DNA of 64,000 nt from Selaginella moellendorffii (lineage: Eukaryota > Plantae > Lycopodiophyta). Numbering within the stretch: position 1 is the stretch's first letter; each line of letters opens with the position of its first letter. This document shows, in pieces, positions 62,096 through 64,000 of this stretch. A model generated the notes under the pieces. The model was not told the DNA's origin, made no database searches, and worked only from the letters and a program-made list of their open reading frames with translations. A program made the position numbers and the translations under genes. The stretch spans positions 186,001-250,000 of the forward strand of contig NW_003314348.1 of the NCBI RefSeq assembly GCF_000143415.4, read 5' to 3'.

Positions 62096-62405
62096 CTAGA
62101 CCTGTATGGACGAAATATCACAAAACAAGGCCACAAGAACAAGACAATGATTGCGCGCTTACATTGAAACCCTCCTCTCGCAGGCACCGGAGATGGACAT
62201 CGATCCACTTGCCGCAAGCGTCCTCGCCGTGCTCGGCAATGCATTCGTCCCGCAATTTCTTGGTATCAGGGCAAGCGCAGCAAATCTTCTTTTTTGGAGC
62301 CGCCGCTCCAGCTCCGCCCGATCCAGCTGCCGCCGCCGGAGCCGCTGCTCCAGCTGCTGGCTCCGCCAGCGCTCCCGGCGATCGCTCAACTATCTCCTGC
62401 TTCAT
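62096..62405 (-). CDS. COX17: Cytochrome c oxidase copper chaperone
   Basis: KKICCACPDTKKLRDEC...C...HLRCLREEGFN, then intron 62102-62162 and terminal GTC TAG. Confidence 0.93.
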
Positions 62406-62489
62406 CTTGCCCTAATTTCCCAAGGGTATAACGTTGGTACATTCTTTAGTTCCCAAGGTATATTCGTTGCCCTAAAACCCAAAAACCCT

Positions 62490-62533
62490 ATCCCACGAGC
62501 CGGAGCATAAAATCGTGCCACCATTTCTTTAAG
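62490..62533 (+). promoter_or_regulatory. Putative snRNA promoter (USE-like ATCCCAC plus TATA-like TTTAAG)
   Basis: About -70 and -30 relative to the predicted snRNA start, matching the plant Pol II snRNA layout; both elements are degenerate. Confidence 0.5.
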
Positions 62534-62559
62534 AAGGGCGAGGAGGGCTCTTTACACTT

Positions 62560-62716
62560 ACCCGTCCCTGCCGAGGGTGAGGCGACAGGTTTATGACCGT
62601 ATGGGATGACCTGTCGTGCTGACTTTTTTGTATGGACACATCGTATGTGGGAATCACAGCAGTCTTTTACTTGAAAGGCTGCTTCTCACTAATTTTTGGA
62701 GCCTCGTAATGGGGCA
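62560..62716 (+). ncRNA. U4atac: U4atac minor spliceosomal snRNA (probable)
   Basis: 5' ACCCGT...GAGGGTGA; K-turn hairpin; GTGCTGAC; 3' hairpin; Sm site AATTTTTGG at 62691-62699; terminal hairpin. Confidence 0.8.
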
Positions 62717-62779
62717 CACAAAAATCTCCACTACAAAACCCTAACGTGCCACGTCACATTTTTCTAAATTGCCACGTCT

Positions 62780-64000
62780 TCACTCGTTAATGTTGATGTT
62801 CCTCAGGAGCACGTATGGATCGGAGGTTCCCGGATCGAGTCTCTCGGCAGCCCGAGCCGCCAGCGTGGCCTCGCTGTGGATCTGGCACGAGCCAACGATG
62901 GAGCGCCACGTGGCGGGATCCGGCGGGAAGGGCATCCCGTCCGCCAGCTCCTGGGCCTCGGCGAGCTTGCCCGCGCGGCCCAGGATGTCGACCATGCACA
63001 CGTAGTGCTCCGGAATGGGGGTGATCCAATGGTCGCGGATCATCGAGAAGAAGTAATCCCTGGCCATGTCTAGCAGACCCAAGTGGCTGCAAGCCGTGAG
63101 CGTTGCCACAAACACCACATCATTTGCTCCAATCCCAAAGCCTTGCATTTCGTGAAATAGTGATATCGCCTCCGCGGCATGCCCTTCCAGAGCATACGCC
63201 CCAATCAATGTGTTCCAGGACACAAGGCCTGGCTCTGGCATCTTTTCAAAGATCCCCCTGGCATCAAAAAGATGCCCGTTCCTGGCATATGCCGCGAGAA
63301 GATTGTTCCACGCCCAAACATCGTGTCTGGGCATGGCATCGAACACAATCTTCGCCGTTTTGGTTTGGCCGACGTGTCCGTACGTTGCGGCCAGCGACGT
63401 CCACGCGGATATCCCCCGCCCGGTGAGAAGATTAAACATAATCTGGCTCTCCTCTACGTGACCAGCCCGGGCATATGCTTGGAACAATGCATTATACGGC
63501 ACGAACTCAAAGTACGGCATTCGCTCCAGCAGAATCTTTGCCTCTGTGAGGCATCCGTGCAAGGAATATCCCACCACCATGGCGTTCCAAGACAGAAGCT
63601 CTCGCTTTGGGACCGAATCAAACAGGGACTTTGCGCGAGAGAAATCCCCTCGCACGGCATTTGCAGTGATTGTGGTGTTCCAAGTTACCACGTCCCGCTC
63701 GGGAATCTTCTCAAACACCTGTTGGGCGAGAGCCAAGTGCCCGGCCATTCCGTACGCCGTGAGAACACAGTTCCACGATACTAGCGTCCTCTCGGGCATC
63801 TCATCGAAGACCATCTTCGAGGCCGCGGCGTCCTCGTTGTGTGGAATCAAGGCATTCCAGGAGGCAACGTTCCACTGCGGCATTCGATCAAAGACCTCGC
63901 CACTCTCGCGGGCCTGCCCCTCCTGCGCGTACCCAGTGAGGAGCGCGTTCCAGGATCCCAGATTTCTTTCAGGGATTCGCGCGAAGAACTCTCTCGCTTC
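62780..64000 (-). CDS. PLS-class PPR protein with E-type end, 5' part outside the window
   Basis: Tandem short repeats (VSWNxxxxAY...FxxMPER), LTACSHLGL, HYVCMVDILGRAG and PYVLLRNI. Confidence 0.9.
   Translation of the reverse strand, partial: EAREFFARIPERNLGSWNALLTGYAQEGQARESGEVFDRMPQWNVASWNALIPHNEDAAASKMVFDEMPERTLVSWNCVLTAYGMAGHLALAQQVFEKIPERDVVTWNTTITANAVRGDFSRAKSLFDSVPKRELLSWNAMVVGYSLHGCLTEAKILLERMPYFEFVPYNALFQAYARAGHVEESQIMFNLLTGRGISAWTSLAATYGHVGQTKTAKIVFDAMPRHDVWAWNNLLAAYARNGHLFDARGIFEKMPEPGLVSWNTLIGAYALEGHAAEAISLFHEMQGFGIGANDVVFVATLTACSHLGLLDMARDYFFSMIRDHWITPIPEHYVCMVDILGRAGKLAEAQELADGMPFPPDPATWRSIVGSCQIHSEATLAARAAERLDPGTSDPYVLLRNININE

Overview
Gene-dense land-plant nuclear DNA: about 33 protein-coding loci in 64 kb, introns mostly 50-80 nt, and many intergenic gaps under 200 bp. 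This pattern and the PLS-type PPR genes suggest a lycophyte such as Selaginella (inference, not confirmed). Coding genes in order: GT29 sialyltransferase-like, NTMC2T5-like SMP-C2 protein, CDC26, ISU1, NAL1-like pseudogene plus intact copy, WSD1-like, NUDT23, an orphan repeat ORF, hnRNP-like RRM protein, legumin-like cupin, an integrase-Zn/FAR1-like protein, SPT4, RAD52-2, GDSL lipase, RBP45/47, EBP1, BCCP, Mpv17/PMP22, R2R3-MYB, BORCS6-like, LSD1/LOL1, YKT6, PP2A-A, subtilase pseudogene (with a Ty3/gypsy relic) plus intact copy, PPR, PRH/HAT3.1, SKIP, BADC, LRR-III RLK, COX17 and a second PPR. There are three tRNAs. The most interesting signals are invisible to the ORF track: a probable U4atac snRNA gene, a U12-type intron, a structured poison cassette exon in RBP45/47, a CDC26 without its usual downstream TTM3, and a reciprocally fractionated CDC26-ISU1-NAL1 tandem duplication. 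Also notable are a PPR with a repeated insertion in its L motifs, a subtilase lacking the PA domain, and a transposon-derived zinc-finger gene. All exon structures and family calls were made by eye, without database searches.
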